IMG/VR virus record: IMGVR_UViG_3300029798_000001
DNA length: 64,000 bases
From: a virus
Lineage: Duplodnaviria > Caudoviricetes
Reading direction: 5' to 3' (one strand)
The notes beneath the pieces are model-generated. The model did not search any database. It saw only the letters and a list, made by a program, of their open reading frames with translations, and was not told the origin of the DNA. Shown piece after piece: positions 8,704 to 19,043 of this stretch. The stretch's first letter is position 1; the number at the start of each line of letters is the position of its first letter. Made by a program: the position numbers and the translations under genes.

Positions 8704-9636
8704 ATGAAACTTAGCAACCTTATTAATTATCGTAATCAGTTAAATGCGTTATCGGCGACATCGGTATTGGAAACAGCCAATGTTGAGCTTGATAAAGTAT
8801 TACATCTTGTTGACACCGAACCTGAGTTGATGAGTTTAGTTACCCATGATCTTGATCAACAATATGCAACTATACAACAGGCATTCATTAATTTTGAAAC
8901 AGACCTTAATAATTTAAAAACCCAACTACAAGTAAAAATTGAAGAGGCAGAACGGCCATGGATCCAAGAAGGGTATAATATGTACGACAAAGGAGAAGTA
9001 GATTATGTTAATACTATCCTTACTACCCGCAAAGATAATTCAGTAGATTCAACTCCGTTCCGTGCAAAACTGAATCAATATGCTAACTGGAAATATCCAG
9101 CAATGATCATTCGACCCGGCCTAGAAACATTTATTGAAGATATGGTAGCCTACGATCCTCTTTACATTGTAGATCTATCCTATGATTTTTTACGACCTGC
9201 CATGGATCGATTTAATAAACAATACCAAAATCGACTGAGACTGTATGTTGTTAAAGAAGATCTTGACGCTGGAATATTAAATAAATTACCCAACGAACAA
9301 TTTGGTATCTGTCTTGCTTACAATTATTTTAATTTTAGACCATTAGAAATAATTAAAAAATATTTAGAAGAAATATATCAAAAACTTAAACCAGGTGGTA
9401 TTTTTGTGTTTACCTTTAATGACTGTGATCGTCGTAGTGCAGTTGAATTAGTTGAAAACCATTATTGTTGTTATACTCCAGGACATATTATTCGAGAATT
9501 AATTTCAACTGTAGGTTACGAAATTACCTATTCCTGGAACGACGACGGTCCGAGCACCTGGATTGAAATACGAAAACCCGGTGAGCTGGATTCGTTAAAA
9601 GGTGGGCAAACCCTAGCAAAAATATTACCAAAGTAG
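8704..9636 (+). CDS. Coiled-coil N-terminus plus class I SAM-dependent methyltransferase-like domain
   Basis: LAYNYFNF...LKPGGIFVFTF motif; start reassigned to ATG 8704. Confidence 0.55.
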   Translation: MKLSNLINYRNQLNALSATSVLETANVELDKVLHLVDTEPELMSLVTHDLDQQYATIQQAFINFETDLNNLKTQLQVKIEEAERPWIQEGYNMYDKGEVDYVNTILTTRKDNSVDSTPFRAKLNQYANWKYPAMIIRPGLETFIEDMVAYDPLYIVDLSYDFLRPAMDRFNKQYQNRLRLYVVKEDLDAGILNKLPNEQFGICLAYNYFNFRPLEIIKKYLEEIYQKLKPGGIFVFTFNDCDRRSAVELVENHYCCYTPGHIIRELISTVGYEITYSWNDDGPSTWIEIRKPGELDSLKGGQTLAKILPK

Positions 9637-9685
9637 TTGCAAAATCTAAATAAACCCTGTACAATAAACAAATAAGGAGAATTAC

Positions 9686-10408
9686 ATGAGAGATCACTTA
9701 CTAGACTTAGTAGAACACACTTACGACTTAGGTTGCATTGACCTAGTTAAAATTACTGGTGATGATAAATCTACCGCAATTGCAGGAATATCTGAAGACC
9801 GTAGTGTTATTGTCGATGGAACATTTGCTGGCCCCGTGGCAGACTTTATCGGCACTTTTGGTATGCCAAATTTAAGTAAATTGAAAATTTTATTAAATTT
9901 AGAGCCCTACAGAGAAAATGCCAAACTTGCTATTACACGCAAGGACACAGGTGCATTAGATCAACTAACATTTGAAAATGCCACTGGCGATTTTAAAAAT
10001 AGTTATCGTTTTATGGCAACTGAAGTTATTAACGAAAAGTTAAAAAATGTTAAAATGAAACCAGTTAACTGGAATTTTGAATTTGAGCCGACTGTTGCGT
10101 CTATACAGAGACTAAAAATGCAAGCTAGTGCTAATGCCGAAGAATTAAACTTTAAGGCCAAGACAGATGGTACTGATTTGAAATTTTATTTTGGTGATCA
10201 CTCAACTCATGCAGGTAACTTTGTATTCCAGGCCAGCGTAGGTGGAACACTCAAGCGTGAATGGGCATGGCCAGTTAAGACAATCATTAGTATTCTTGAT
10301 TTAACCGGTGACAAAGTTATGCGCATTAGTGATGATGGTATTGCTGAAATCACTGTTGATTCGGGCCTGGCTGTTTATAGCTATAAGATTCCAGCGCAAT
10401 CTAAATAA
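9686..10408 (+). CDS. Putative DNA polymerase sliding clamp (gp45-like)
   Basis: 240 aa, alternating beta/alpha pattern, next to the polymerase; nested early/late promoter and AGGAG upstream. Confidence 0.45.
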   Translation: MRDHLLDLVEHTYDLGCIDLVKITGDDKSTAIAGISEDRSVIVDGTFAGPVADFIGTFGMPNLSKLKILLNLEPYRENAKLAITRKDTGALDQLTFENATGDFKNSYRFMATEVINEKLKNVKMKPVNWNFEFEPTVASIQRLKMQASANAEELNFKAKTDGTDLKFYFGDHSTHAGNFVFQASVGGTLKREWAWPVKTIISILDLTGDKVMRISDDGIAEITVDSGLAVYSYKIPAQSK

Positions 10409-10412
10409 GTTA

Positions 10413-12134
10413 ATGACCCAAGATAACTTAACTGCTAAACAACTCGGACCAGATGGGCAAAGCCAATATGCCGTTTTTCTCCCGGCCATCAGTGGCTTCT
10501 ATGCTACTTACATAGGTAAACAGCGTGATCCTGTTAATGGTCCATATGTAGATCCCAAAACCCGCATGCCCGCTGGTATGAAAGATATGGAAATGATGAA
10601 CTGGCTTAATAGTTCCAAAGGCCTATTTCCATACAAATGGTCCTTGTACTCGGGTGGCCACGCCAACTTAGACCTTACTAAGCAAGACTGGTCTGAAGAC
10701 ATGGTTCGTAATTGCGAACCCGGCACAGTCATGTTAGGTGACTCGGGTGGATTCCAGATTGCCAAAGGCTTATGGGAAGGTGAGTGGCGTGATCCAACTA
10801 GCCCTGCGGTGTTAGCAAAGATGGTCGAACTCAAGGCCAACGGGATCGAACATGTGCTAGATCTTAAACCAGACGGCACCGCAAAGCATGATAAAAATGG
10901 CAACAAAAAGTATGCCAAAATTGATCATGTTAAGAACTACCAGAACTTGCTAGATGCCGCACAGAAGAAACGAGAAGCAGTGGTTAAGTGGTTAGATGGT
11001 GTTTCAGATTATGGCATGACCCTAGATATACCAACTTGGGTTATACATGACAAGAATGCCAGCGACAAGTGTGGTATTACTACACTAGAAGAAGCAGTGG
11101 CCGCAACCAAGTATAATAATGATTACTATATGCGTCATCGTAAGGGTGCTCGGAACGGTGGCATGAAGGTGTTGAATGTTCTACAAGGTGCTAACCATGC
11201 CGATGCTGATCGTTGGTATGATACTATGAAACACTATTGTGATCCTACTGTATATCCAGACACACACTTTGATGGTTGGTCCATGGGCGGTCAGAACATG
11301 TGTGATGTGCATTTGGTATTACGCAGACTTGTGGCACTACGGCATGATGGATTACTTAAAGAAGGTGTCCATGATTGGATGCACTTCCTAGGCACAAGTA
11401 AATTAGAATGGGCAGTATTACTCACAGACATTCAACGAGCTGTTCGCAAGTATGTTAACCCAAGTTTTACTATTAGTTTTGACTGTGCTAGTCCATTCCT
11501 TGCTACTGCCAATGGACAAGTGTATCACCACATTGATCTGCCACACAACGACAAATGGTGTTATCGTATGAGTCCTATTGCTGATGATAAAAAGTATAGC
11601 ACAGACACACGCCCATATGGTCAAGCGGTGGTGGCAGATGGATTGGTTGATCACTTTGATGAAAGTCCAATTAGTCTACAGTTACAAATGAAAGATGTTT
11701 GTTATTACCAACCCGGCATGTTAAACAAAATTGGCAAAGAAGGTAAGACATCGTGGGATAGTTTTAGTTACGCATTATTAATGGGCCATAATGTTTGGAT
11801 GCACCTAGAAGCGGTTCAGCGGGCCAATCGTGAATATGATAACGGATCATATCCTGCTATGATGTGGGATCAAAACGGTGATCATACACGATTTAAAGAT
11901 ATAGTTGAAGCTATTTTTGCTACTCCAGATCGTGCGGAAGCCGAAGCCATTATCGAAAGTTATGACCGCTACTGGATGGACATTGTAGGTACTCGTGGGT
12001 TCAAAGGTAAGAAAGCCAAAAATGCACACAGCCAATTTAATGCATTGTTTGACGAAGTCGCTCCGGCACACGGCGAAAGTGAAGACGAAATAGAATTTGA
12101 CGAATCAAAATTAAATAATTTAGAGGCCCTATGA
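10413..12134 (+). CDS. dpdA: tRNA/DNA-guanine transglycosylase family protein (DpdA-like)
   Basis: TGT motifs GDSGGFQI, MTLDIP, VLQG, GWSMGG, HFLG, SFDCASP, HN; folE/queD/queE in the same region; start ATG 10413. Confidence 0.75.
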   Translation: MTQDNLTAKQLGPDGQSQYAVFLPAISGFYATYIGKQRDPVNGPYVDPKTRMPAGMKDMEMMNWLNSSKGLFPYKWSLYSGGHANLDLTKQDWSEDMVRNCEPGTVMLGDSGGFQIAKGLWEGEWRDPTSPAVLAKMVELKANGIEHVLDLKPDGTAKHDKNGNKKYAKIDHVKNYQNLLDAAQKKREAVVKWLDGVSDYGMTLDIPTWVIHDKNASDKCGITTLEEAVAATKYNNDYYMRHRKGARNGGMKVLNVLQGANHADADRWYDTMKHYCDPTVYPDTHFDGWSMGGQNMCDVHLVLRRLVALRHDGLLKEGVHDWMHFLGTSKLEWAVLLTDIQRAVRKYVNPSFTISFDCASPFLATANGQVYHHIDLPHNDKWCYRMSPIADDKKYSTDTRPYGQAVVADGLVDHFDESPISLQLQMKDVCYYQPGMLNKIGKEGKTSWDSFSYALLMGHNVWMHLEAVQRANREYDNGSYPAMMWDQNGDHTRFKDIVEAIFATPDRAEAEAIIESYDRYWMDIVGTRGFKGKKAKNAHSQFNALFDEVAPAHGESEDEIEFDESKLNNLEAL

Positions 12135-12337
12135 ATACCCATTTAGAACATAGATTAACGCATTTAGAAAAAGAACATGTACAGTTAGATAAGCGTATTG
12201 ATGGGTTAGAAGCAACCGGTGTGTTTGACGATACTGTTTTAGAAGTTTTGAAGAAGCAACGGTTGCATATTAAAGACGAAATTGTTAAAATTAAACTTAA
12301 GATGGCCTATGATACCGGTGCTAACGAAAGTGACTAA
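12131..12337 (+). CDS. DUF465/YdcH-like coiled-coil protein
   Basis: L..EH..LD.RI..LE......LKKQRL.IKDEI pattern. Confidence 0.65.
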   Translation: MNTHLEHRLTHLEKEHVQLDKRIDGLEATGVFDDTVLEVLKKQRLHIKDEIVKIKLKMAYDTGANESD

Positions 12338-13402
12338 TTGAACCGCAAAAACTTTTGTGCTGCTCCGTGGGCTGGACTTAGCTTAGATCCAGATGGTCAA
12401 GCTAAACTTTGTTGTATTAGTCAAGATCGAGTTCCATTGCAGGAGTTTGGTCATGCAAAATCTTTGTCTAAGTTTGTAGAAATTCGGCAGGCGTTTATTA
12501 ACGACCAACAACACACAAATTGTAGTGCTTGCTGGCAACGCGAAGAAGTTAATACTAATTGGGAAAGTCGTCGTAGCATTTATCAACATGATGATTTTCA
12601 TCATAATCTCAATTCGGCCACAGATTTTCAACTTGAACATTTAGATTTGCGCTGGAGCAATACTTGTAATCTTAATTGTGTGTATTGCAGTTCAACTTTC
12701 AGTAGTCGATGGGCTGAATTACAAGGAAAAAAACAAAGTTTTAAAATATCCCCCACAGTGACAGATTTGGATTTGGCCAATCTTAAAATATTACAACTGG
12801 CAGGTGGTGAGCCTTTGTTGATTAAAGAAAATCTAGGTATATTGGAACGTTTAAATAAAGTAAATCCTAATGTTAGTATCGAAGTCACAACCAATCTGAC
12901 CATGATCAACAATAATCGTATCTATGATAATTTAAAGCAGTTTGATAATGTGACTTGGATAGTCAGTTTTGAATCAACTGAGAAACGGTTTGAATACATT
13001 AGAAATGGTGCTAGGTGGGATGACTTTTATAATAATTTAAATAAGTTGGCCATGGATTTTATGGACATACAAGTAACTATGGTTTATTTTCCACTAAGTG
13101 GGTTAGGCATTACTAATGCAATACAAGTGGCGTTGGAATTTACTTCTCCGGATAATGTGTTTTTGGTCAGTCAATCTGGAGGACACGGATTTGACAATCT
13201 AAGTCGCTCTGCGTTACAATACATAAAACAACATAATTTAGACCAACTAATACAGTTACCCGATATTTTACAGACACGTTTACAAGATCAAATATTATCT
13301 GCTACAACGCAACAGACCGAAACACTATTACCGTTGTATGATAAATTTGATCAGCTTATTAACCAAAATCACCGTTTACTTTTCTCGGAGTTATATGAAT
13401 AG
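12338..13402 (+). CDS. Radical SAM protein with an N-terminal SPASM/twitch-type Cys cluster
   Basis: CNLNCVYC (CxxxCxxC) and GGEPLL; N-terminal CAAPW..CC..C..CW; TTG start. Confidence 0.85.
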   Translation: MNRKNFCAAPWAGLSLDPDGQAKLCCISQDRVPLQEFGHAKSLSKFVEIRQAFINDQQHTNCSACWQREEVNTNWESRRSIYQHDDFHHNLNSATDFQLEHLDLRWSNTCNLNCVYCSSTFSSRWAELQGKKQSFKISPTVTDLDLANLKILQLAGGEPLLIKENLGILERLNKVNPNVSIEVTTNLTMINNNRIYDNLKQFDNVTWIVSFESTEKRFEYIRNGARWDDFYNNLNKLAMDFMDIQVTMVYFPLSGLGITNAIQVALEFTSPDNVFLVSQSGGHGFDNLSRSALQYIKQHNLDQLIQLPDILQTRLQDQILSATTQQTETLLPLYDKFDQLINQNHRLLFSELYE

Positions 13403-13910
13403 AGCAGGACATGAAGAAATAAGTTTCTTTATAGGAACTGAAGTAGAGCACACCATTGCGTTTGGTCTGAAGACCTTGTTTGTGGTAGGCCTACAAGACG
13501 CACAGATCGTCCAACAAGAAGCTAAAAACAACAAGTGTGAGCATATCTATTTTGGTGCTGACCAAAGTTTTCCAGCCTTAGACAAGAATGATGGTGATGC
13601 TTGGCAGGAATGGGAATACATGGTGCAGTCATGCTTGGAGGCAGGATGGTTATGCACTCTTGACCTAGATCATGCACAGGCAGAAGGCCTATTAGAATCC
13701 GGCCTAGTAGAGTTCCATAATTTTGTTCCAATGATCAGTGTCAAACTTCCCTATATAAAACAGTTTGGATACCATGCCACTCTTAAAATTGATGATAGAG
13801 ATTTCGCGGCAACAAACCCAGGCGTGTGGTGTCACAGCCTACACGACTTACAAAATAAAGAAGTGTTTACTGACTGGTCTAAATATACCAAGGACGAAGT
13901 GATACAATGA
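13395..13910 (+). CDS. Conserved-looking hypothetical protein in the deazaguanine cluster
   Basis: Start M-N-R-A-G-H overlaps the radical SAM stop; HIYFGA and PGVWCHSL motifs. Confidence 0.55.
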   Translation: MNRAGHEEISFFIGTEVEHTIAFGLKTLFVVGLQDAQIVQQEAKNNKCEHIYFGADQSFPALDKNDGDAWQEWEYMVQSCLEAGWLCTLDLDHAQAEGLLESGLVEFHNFVPMISVKLPYIKQFGYHATLKIDDRDFAATNPGVWCHSLHDLQNKEVFTDWSKYTKDEVIQ

Positions 13911-14491
13911 AGAATCCTACAAAAGTTAAAGTTTTTAAACTTGCCGGTCAATTGATCGGGCAAGAATTACCTACTAATCAAGGCGGACATGCCGGTCGTG
14001 CCGCTGAAGATTTGGTCGAACAATTACTAGGCATGTCTCTTAACAGAGGTAAAGGCACTGATGTTAAAATCTGGGGCTGGGAAATTAAAACTAGAAAACG
14101 TACAGCCACCAGTGCGCAAACAGTATGCACCGTAAGTACAAATGATGTTAAGATATTACCATACAAACTAAGTCCAGTGTATGAAAAATTCCAACAACAG
14201 TTAAGGATTTATACTAATGCATTAGACATAATCGACGAAGCAATAGTAGTCGACTTTGATCAACCTCACATACAAGATTTAATTGAAAAAGCATACGAGC
14301 ATGGTAGGAAACAGATTATTAACAATCCTGATATAGGATATACTGAATATTCTGGCCACTGGGGATACTTTGAACAATGTCATTTACCAAATTCCACAGC
14401 ATACTCTTTTAGGATTAGCGGTGCTGATATGGACAAGTTAGAAGATATGGCACAATCTACATACAATGAATTATTTGAGGAGGCAGAATAA
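13907..14491 (+). CDS. PD-(D/E)xK nuclease, MvaI/BcnI/MutH-like
   Basis: E.L.E..LG.....GTDVK..GWEIKTR catalytic pattern. Confidence 0.55.
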   Translation: MKNPTKVKVFKLAGQLIGQELPTNQGGHAGRAAEDLVEQLLGMSLNRGKGTDVKIWGWEIKTRKRTATSAQTVCTVSTNDVKILPYKLSPVYEKFQQQLRIYTNALDIIDEAIVVDFDQPHIQDLIEKAYEHGRKQIINNPDIGYTEYSGHWGYFEQCHLPNSTAYSFRISGADMDKLEDMAQSTYNELFEEAE

Positions 14492-14838
14492 TGAGAAATT
14501 GGTTAAGACAGAAATTAATTAATATATTAATAGACGATGGCTCAGAGCCCGAGAAGAATGCCCGGCAACGACCTGCCACAATAAATCGTGCAAATCGAGG
14601 TAGTGGTAGTATTAGTGTTTGCTTGGATAACGGAGTTGATGATAGCCCAAGTGGAATTGATCTTCCGGATCCTATTGTGTTTAAGGTACAGGCAGTATCT
14701 GGAGGAACAGTGGTAGAAACTAAGTGGTACGACTACAAAAAAGACGAGCAACGGGTTAAACTGCATATCATCACCCAAGAGGAAAACTTATCCGAATCTA
14801 TTGGTAAAATTGTAACTATGGAACTACTACAAAAATGA
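14491..14838 (+). CDS. Hypothetical protein
   Basis: ORF track; TAATG coupling to the upstream gene. Confidence 0.55.
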   Translation: MRNWLRQKLINILIDDGSEPEKNARQRPATINRANRGSGSISVCLDNGVDDSPSGIDLPDPIVFKVQAVSGGTVVETKWYDYKKDEQRVKLHIITQEENLSESIGKIVTMELLQK

Positions 14839-15278
14839 TACAAGAAGAACGCAACACCGTAGAAAGAGTTATAGCAGCTGCAGATAGGAAAATCTGGGTG
14901 ACTTTCAAGAAGGAAGGAATCCATCGTTATCCTGCTGCCGCGACAGATCCGTTATTATGCACCGCTGGTGAATATGATGTTAGCTTTTTGGCTAATCCGC
15001 ACAGACATATTTTCTGGTTTAAAGTTTGGATAGATGTATTTCATTCTAATAGAGATTTGGAATTTATTCAATTTAAGCGTTGGTTAGAGAGTTTATATAG
15101 TAAAGATATTTTACAATTAGATTTTAAAAGCGTAGAGATGATTGCCGATGACCTATATATACAAATAGCCGATCGCTATCCTAATCGTGCTGTAGTAATT
15201 GAAGTATCCGAAGACGGCGAGAACGGATGCTCCATTAGTTATAACCTTACTCGTCCAACACAATCAATTGTAATTTAA
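14835..15278 (+). CDS. dpdL: QueD-like T-fold protein, probable DpdL (CDG decarboxylase) type
   Basis: LANPHRHIF matches the LxxxHRHxF signature I recall for DpdL; C-terminal SEDGENG. Confidence 0.6.
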   Translation: MIQEERNTVERVIAAADRKIWVTFKKEGIHRYPAAATDPLLCTAGEYDVSFLANPHRHIFWFKVWIDVFHSNRDLEFIQFKRWLESLYSKDILQLDFKSVEMIADDLYIQIADRYPNRAVVIEVSEDGENGCSISYNLTRPTQSIVI

Positions 15279-15288
15279 AGGAAACATC

Positions 15289-15516
15289 ATGGGCAAACCC
15301 CAACACCGTGTAAACCCAAGAGCTCTTCAAGCATTTGAAGATTTGTCAACCTACTTGGAATTCTGCGTAAACTACGGATATCGTTATAACGAAGCCGACT
15401 TGTATAACTTTAAGAGTTATGCATGGCAACAGTACAACAAGTTTACACAAGGTAAGAACGCCAAGAACATGTGGGAAGAAGATACCCGCAGATTCTCAGG
15501 ATATCGCCGTGCGTAA
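15289..15516 (+). CDS. Hypothetical protein
   Basis: ORF track; AAGGA RBS. Confidence 0.55.
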   Translation: MGKPQHRVNPRALQAFEDLSTYLEFCVNYGYRYNEADLYNFKSYAWQQYNKFTQGKNAKNMWEEDTRRFSGYRRA

Positions 15517-16711
15517 GTTATTCTACATGGGGATTGAAAAAATAGAATCCCGTTACACTTTACAACTAACTGAATGGAATCGGCGTGTATTTGATCGCCG
15601 AGGATTAGATGTTGTGTATGTTGATGGTGCAAACATTGACAATACACAGAGTATCTCAGTCGGACAAGTGTTAGATGCACACGGTCGTAGTTACTTTAGT
15701 ATGAGTCAAATGATGAATCTTGTTAAGATGATGAAAGCAGGAGAAGTTACAAGCGACGATATTATCTACTTTGAAGACATGTTTACTGTTGGTATTGAAA
15801 GCCTACCATATATCCTTGATCAAATAGATCCAAAGTATAGGCCAAAGATTTTTGTTAGATGTTTGGCCCAATCGGTGGATCCGGATGACTTTGTTCATGT
15901 GTGGGGCATGGCGGAATGGATGTCGACTTATGAAAAAATGGTCAACTGTTTTGTTACGGGCGTCTTAGCCACTAACGAAGAGATGGTGGCTCATATGCGT
16001 ATTGCCGGGTGGTCAGCTCCTATCTACAATATTTCAGGCCTGGCATTTGGCAAGGAAGAAGTTCTAGAGCGTATAGGTGGCTCGCAAAATATTCGACCGT
16101 TTGACCAACGTAAAATGCGTGTGGGCTTTGCCGCTAGGTTTGACCAAGAGAAGCAACCAGGATTCTTTATGGACTTAATTGAGATGTATTATAGTCAAGG
16201 TCGTCATAAGGATATTGAATTTGCTGTGTTCCAAGGTGGCCCATTACGCAGTAATAATCCTGAATATATTGATCGGGCTCGTCGATTAGAAGCAGAAGGT
16301 CGACTTAAAATTTATGAAGGGTTAAAGAAAAATGACTACTATAATTTACTCAATGATACTCGTGTTTTGTTTAATTGCGCTTTACAAGACTGGGTCTCAA
16401 ACACCGTTTCTGAAGCTGATACTCTTGGAAGTAATGTGCTTTATCCTGCTTATCGAAGTTTCCCAGAGACTTTTGCAGATGATCCAAACCGCTTATATGT
16501 CCCTTGGAGCATTAATGATGCTTATCACAAGTTAGAAAACTTGTTACAGGAACCCCATCACAACCAGGGCTTGATTAGTGACTGGACTGATGGCACCGTA
16601 GATCGAGTTGTAGACATCTTAGAAGGCAAGGGCGAATCTTGGAATCGCGCAGGCAATCGTTATCGTGATCATGTAAGTCAAGCCAAGTATCAACTAAGGA
16701 ATAATAAATGA
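15509..16711 (+). CDS. GT-B fold glycosyltransferase
   Basis: GTG start at 15509; FAARFDQEKQP and FNCALQDWVSNTVSEA (GT1/GT4-like E-x7-E region variant). Confidence 0.8.
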   Translation: MRKLFYMGIEKIESRYTLQLTEWNRRVFDRRGLDVVYVDGANIDNTQSISVGQVLDAHGRSYFSMSQMMNLVKMMKAGEVTSDDIIYFEDMFTVGIESLPYILDQIDPKYRPKIFVRCLAQSVDPDDFVHVWGMAEWMSTYEKMVNCFVTGVLATNEEMVAHMRIAGWSAPIYNISGLAFGKEEVLERIGGSQNIRPFDQRKMRVGFAARFDQEKQPGFFMDLIEMYYSQGRHKDIEFAVFQGGPLRSNNPEYIDRARRLEAEGRLKIYEGLKKNDYYNLLNDTRVLFNCALQDWVSNTVSEADTLGSNVLYPAYRSFPETFADDPNRLYVPWSINDAYHKLENLLQEPHHNQGLISDWTDGTVDRVVDILEGKGESWNRAGNRYRDHVSQAKYQLRNNK

Positions 16712-17661
16712 AGGTAATGGTAACTGGGGCCGCTGGATATATCGGCGGCGAAACGCTATTAAAATTAGTGGATGCCGGGCACGAGGTGTTAGGGGTTGAT
16801 ATTCGCATGCCACCGGAGTATTTGTTAAGGGTGCTAGGAATCTGGTGGCACACTGGTGATTTTGCTGGCGAGGTTGGCCTAGAAACTATTAAAATGTTTC
16901 AACCTGAGGTAATTATCCATTGTGCTGGTACTAGCCTAGTAGGGCCTAGCGTACTCAATCCTAGATTGTATTATGATAATAATTTTGTTAAAACTAAAAT
17001 ATTATTAGATTATCTTATTGATAATAAGTTAAATCATATTCGAGTTATTTTTAGTTCTAGTGCCGCTGTGTACGGTGAACCTATAATGACACCATGTGAT
17101 GAAGTAGATCCTACCTTACCGGTAAGTCCATATGGCGAAAGCAAGTTAATGATCGAGTGGATGCTATCTAATTACGCTCGGTCTTATGATTTAAATTATG
17201 TAGCATTTCGTTACTTTAATGCCTGTGGTGCAGATAGTCAAGGGCGACACGGGCAAGAACCTGGAGCGACACATATTATTGCCAGAGTACTGGAAGCTAT
17301 TAAAAACGATCAAGATTTTACTTTGTACGGTACTCGGTATCCTACACCAGATGGTACTTGTATTCGTGATTATATTCATGTGGAGGATTTAGCTGCCGCA
17401 CATATTAGAGCAGTAGAAAAAGATATTACAGCAGGAATTTATAATCTTGGAAATAATACAGGCCACAGCAATCTTGAAATTATCCAGGCCGCTGCAAGAA
17501 TTACAAACAAGGATGTGGGTGTATTGCATGGAGAACCAAGGACGGGCGATCCAGCGATGTTAACCGCCCGTGCTGATAAATTCCAAAAATTATCTGGGTG
17601 GGTTCCTACATTTGGGTTAGATAGTATTATACAGCACGCCTGGAGCTGGTATAATAGATGA
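16708..17661 (+). CDS. galE: UDP-glucose 4-epimerase (extended SDR)
   Basis: TGAAGYIG, FSSSAAVYG, YGESK, RYFNACGA, RDYIHV. Confidence 0.92.
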   Translation: MKVMVTGAAGYIGGETLLKLVDAGHEVLGVDIRMPPEYLLRVLGIWWHTGDFAGEVGLETIKMFQPEVIIHCAGTSLVGPSVLNPRLYYDNNFVKTKILLDYLIDNKLNHIRVIFSSSAAVYGEPIMTPCDEVDPTLPVSPYGESKLMIEWMLSNYARSYDLNYVAFRYFNACGADSQGRHGQEPGATHIIARVLEAIKNDQDFTLYGTRYPTPDGTCIRDYIHVEDLAAAHIRAVEKDITAGIYNLGNNTGHSNLEIIQAAARITNKDVGVLHGEPRTGDPAMLTARADKFQKLSGWVPTFGLDSIIQHAWSWYNR

Positions 17662-18251
17662 GTTTTCAAACACTATTTGATTTTGAATTGGCATTAGCCA
17701 AATATACCGGCGCACCGTATGCGGTTGTTACTGATGGATGTACCCACGCATTGGAATTATGCTTTAGGCATGATCAAATAAAAAAAACAGCATTTACACC
17801 TTTTACCTATCTTAGCATTCCTATGCTAATGCATCATTTAGGTATTGAATACCAGTTTCATAACGAAAGTCATAGACAACATACATGGACCGGTGAGTAT
17901 CATTTTGAAGGCACTAGAATTTGGGATAGTGCTCGCAGACTAGAACACGGAATGTATAAGAAGGGATTTATGCAATGCCTAAGTTTTGGCTGGACTAAAC
18001 CATTGCAAATAGGCAAGGTTGGTGCTATTTTATTAGATGATTATGAAGCATACAAAAAGTTTAGTCGTCAACGAGCAGACGGGCGCGATCTAAATATTCC
18101 ATGGGAAAAAGAAACACAGTTAATCTTGGGTTACCATTACTGCCCTACATTAGAATTATGTGCTAAGGGGTTAGAGTTGTTACCAACTATTATTCCTCAA
18201 TCACAATCTGCAGTTTATCCAGACTGTAGAAAAATTTCATTTGCACCTTGA
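17658..18251 (+). CDS. Short DegT/DnrJ/EryC1-like PLP aminotransferase
   Basis: AVVTDGCTHALEL; CLSFGWTKPL..G.VGAIL (Schiff-base Lys motif). Confidence 0.7.
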   Translation: MSFQTLFDFELALAKYTGAPYAVVTDGCTHALELCFRHDQIKKTAFTPFTYLSIPMLMHHLGIEYQFHNESHRQHTWTGEYHFEGTRIWDSARRLEHGMYKKGFMQCLSFGWTKPLQIGKVGAILLDDYEAYKKFSRQRADGRDLNIPWEKETQLILGYHYCPTLELCAKGLELLPTIIPQSQSAVYPDCRKISFAP

Positions 18252-18276
18252 CACGGTCCTAAATAACTGTTACAAT
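18248..18276 (+). promoter_or_regulatory. Nested early/late promoter for folE
   Basis: TTGACA-17-TACAAT with CTAAATA in the spacer; the -35 box overlaps the upstream TGA stop. Confidence 0.65.
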
Positions 18277-18296
18277 AGCAATATATCGGAGAATAA

Positions 18297-19043
18297 ATGA
18301 AATTAGAACCAGTAACACTAGATAACATCGACGAAGGTGGTTACCAAGATCACGAAATGAACTTAGCCGACTCTATCCGCCGTCAAATGAAGCGTGATAA
18401 GAAACGCTTTTGGGCAGGTGATAACATTAGCGATTATGTAGACGATTATCGCAAGCAAATATTAATCAACGAAGCAACTGTAGCATTTGAAAGTGTATTA
18501 GATGCATTGTTAATTGATCGTGAAAACGATCCTAACTCAAAAGGCACAGCACATCGCTTGGCCAAGATGTATTACAACGAAATTATGGGAGGTCGATATG
18601 ATCCAGCTCCTAGCGCAACAGCTTTTCCAAACGATTCAGCGGATAGATATGAAGGTATGTTGGTTGTGCGTAGCGAGTTGCGTAGTATGTGTAGCCATCA
18701 TCATCAACCTGTGTCTGGTGTTGCTTACATTGGAATTATTGCAGCCAATAAACTTATTGGCCTTAGCAAATATACTCGTATCGCTCAGTGGTGTGCTCGT
18801 CGTGGCACACTTCAAGAAGAACTATGTAATGACATTGCCCGCGAAATAATGCGAGCAACTGATAGTGAGAATGTCGGTGTGTATATACAAGCTCAACATG
18901 GGTGTTGTGAAAATAGGGGCATAATGGCACACTCTAGTCTAACACAGACCACAGTATTAAAAGGTGTATTTCAAAGAGACCCAGGAACTAAGAAAGAGTT
19001 CATGGACAATATCAAACTACAACAGGACTTTGCCCCTAGATGA
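18297..19043 (+). CDS. folE: GTP cyclohydrolase I
   Basis: SMCSHHH, IGLSK..RI, QEEL, HGCC..RG motifs. Confidence 0.95.
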   Translation: MKLEPVTLDNIDEGGYQDHEMNLADSIRRQMKRDKKRFWAGDNISDYVDDYRKQILINEATVAFESVLDALLIDRENDPNSKGTAHRLAKMYYNEIMGGRYDPAPSATAFPNDSADRYEGMLVVRSELRSMCSHHHQPVSGVAYIGIIAANKLIGLSKYTRIAQWCARRGTLQEELCNDIAREIMRATDSENVGVYIQAQHGCCENRGIMAHSSLTQTTVLKGVFQRDPGTKKEFMDNIKLQQDFAPR

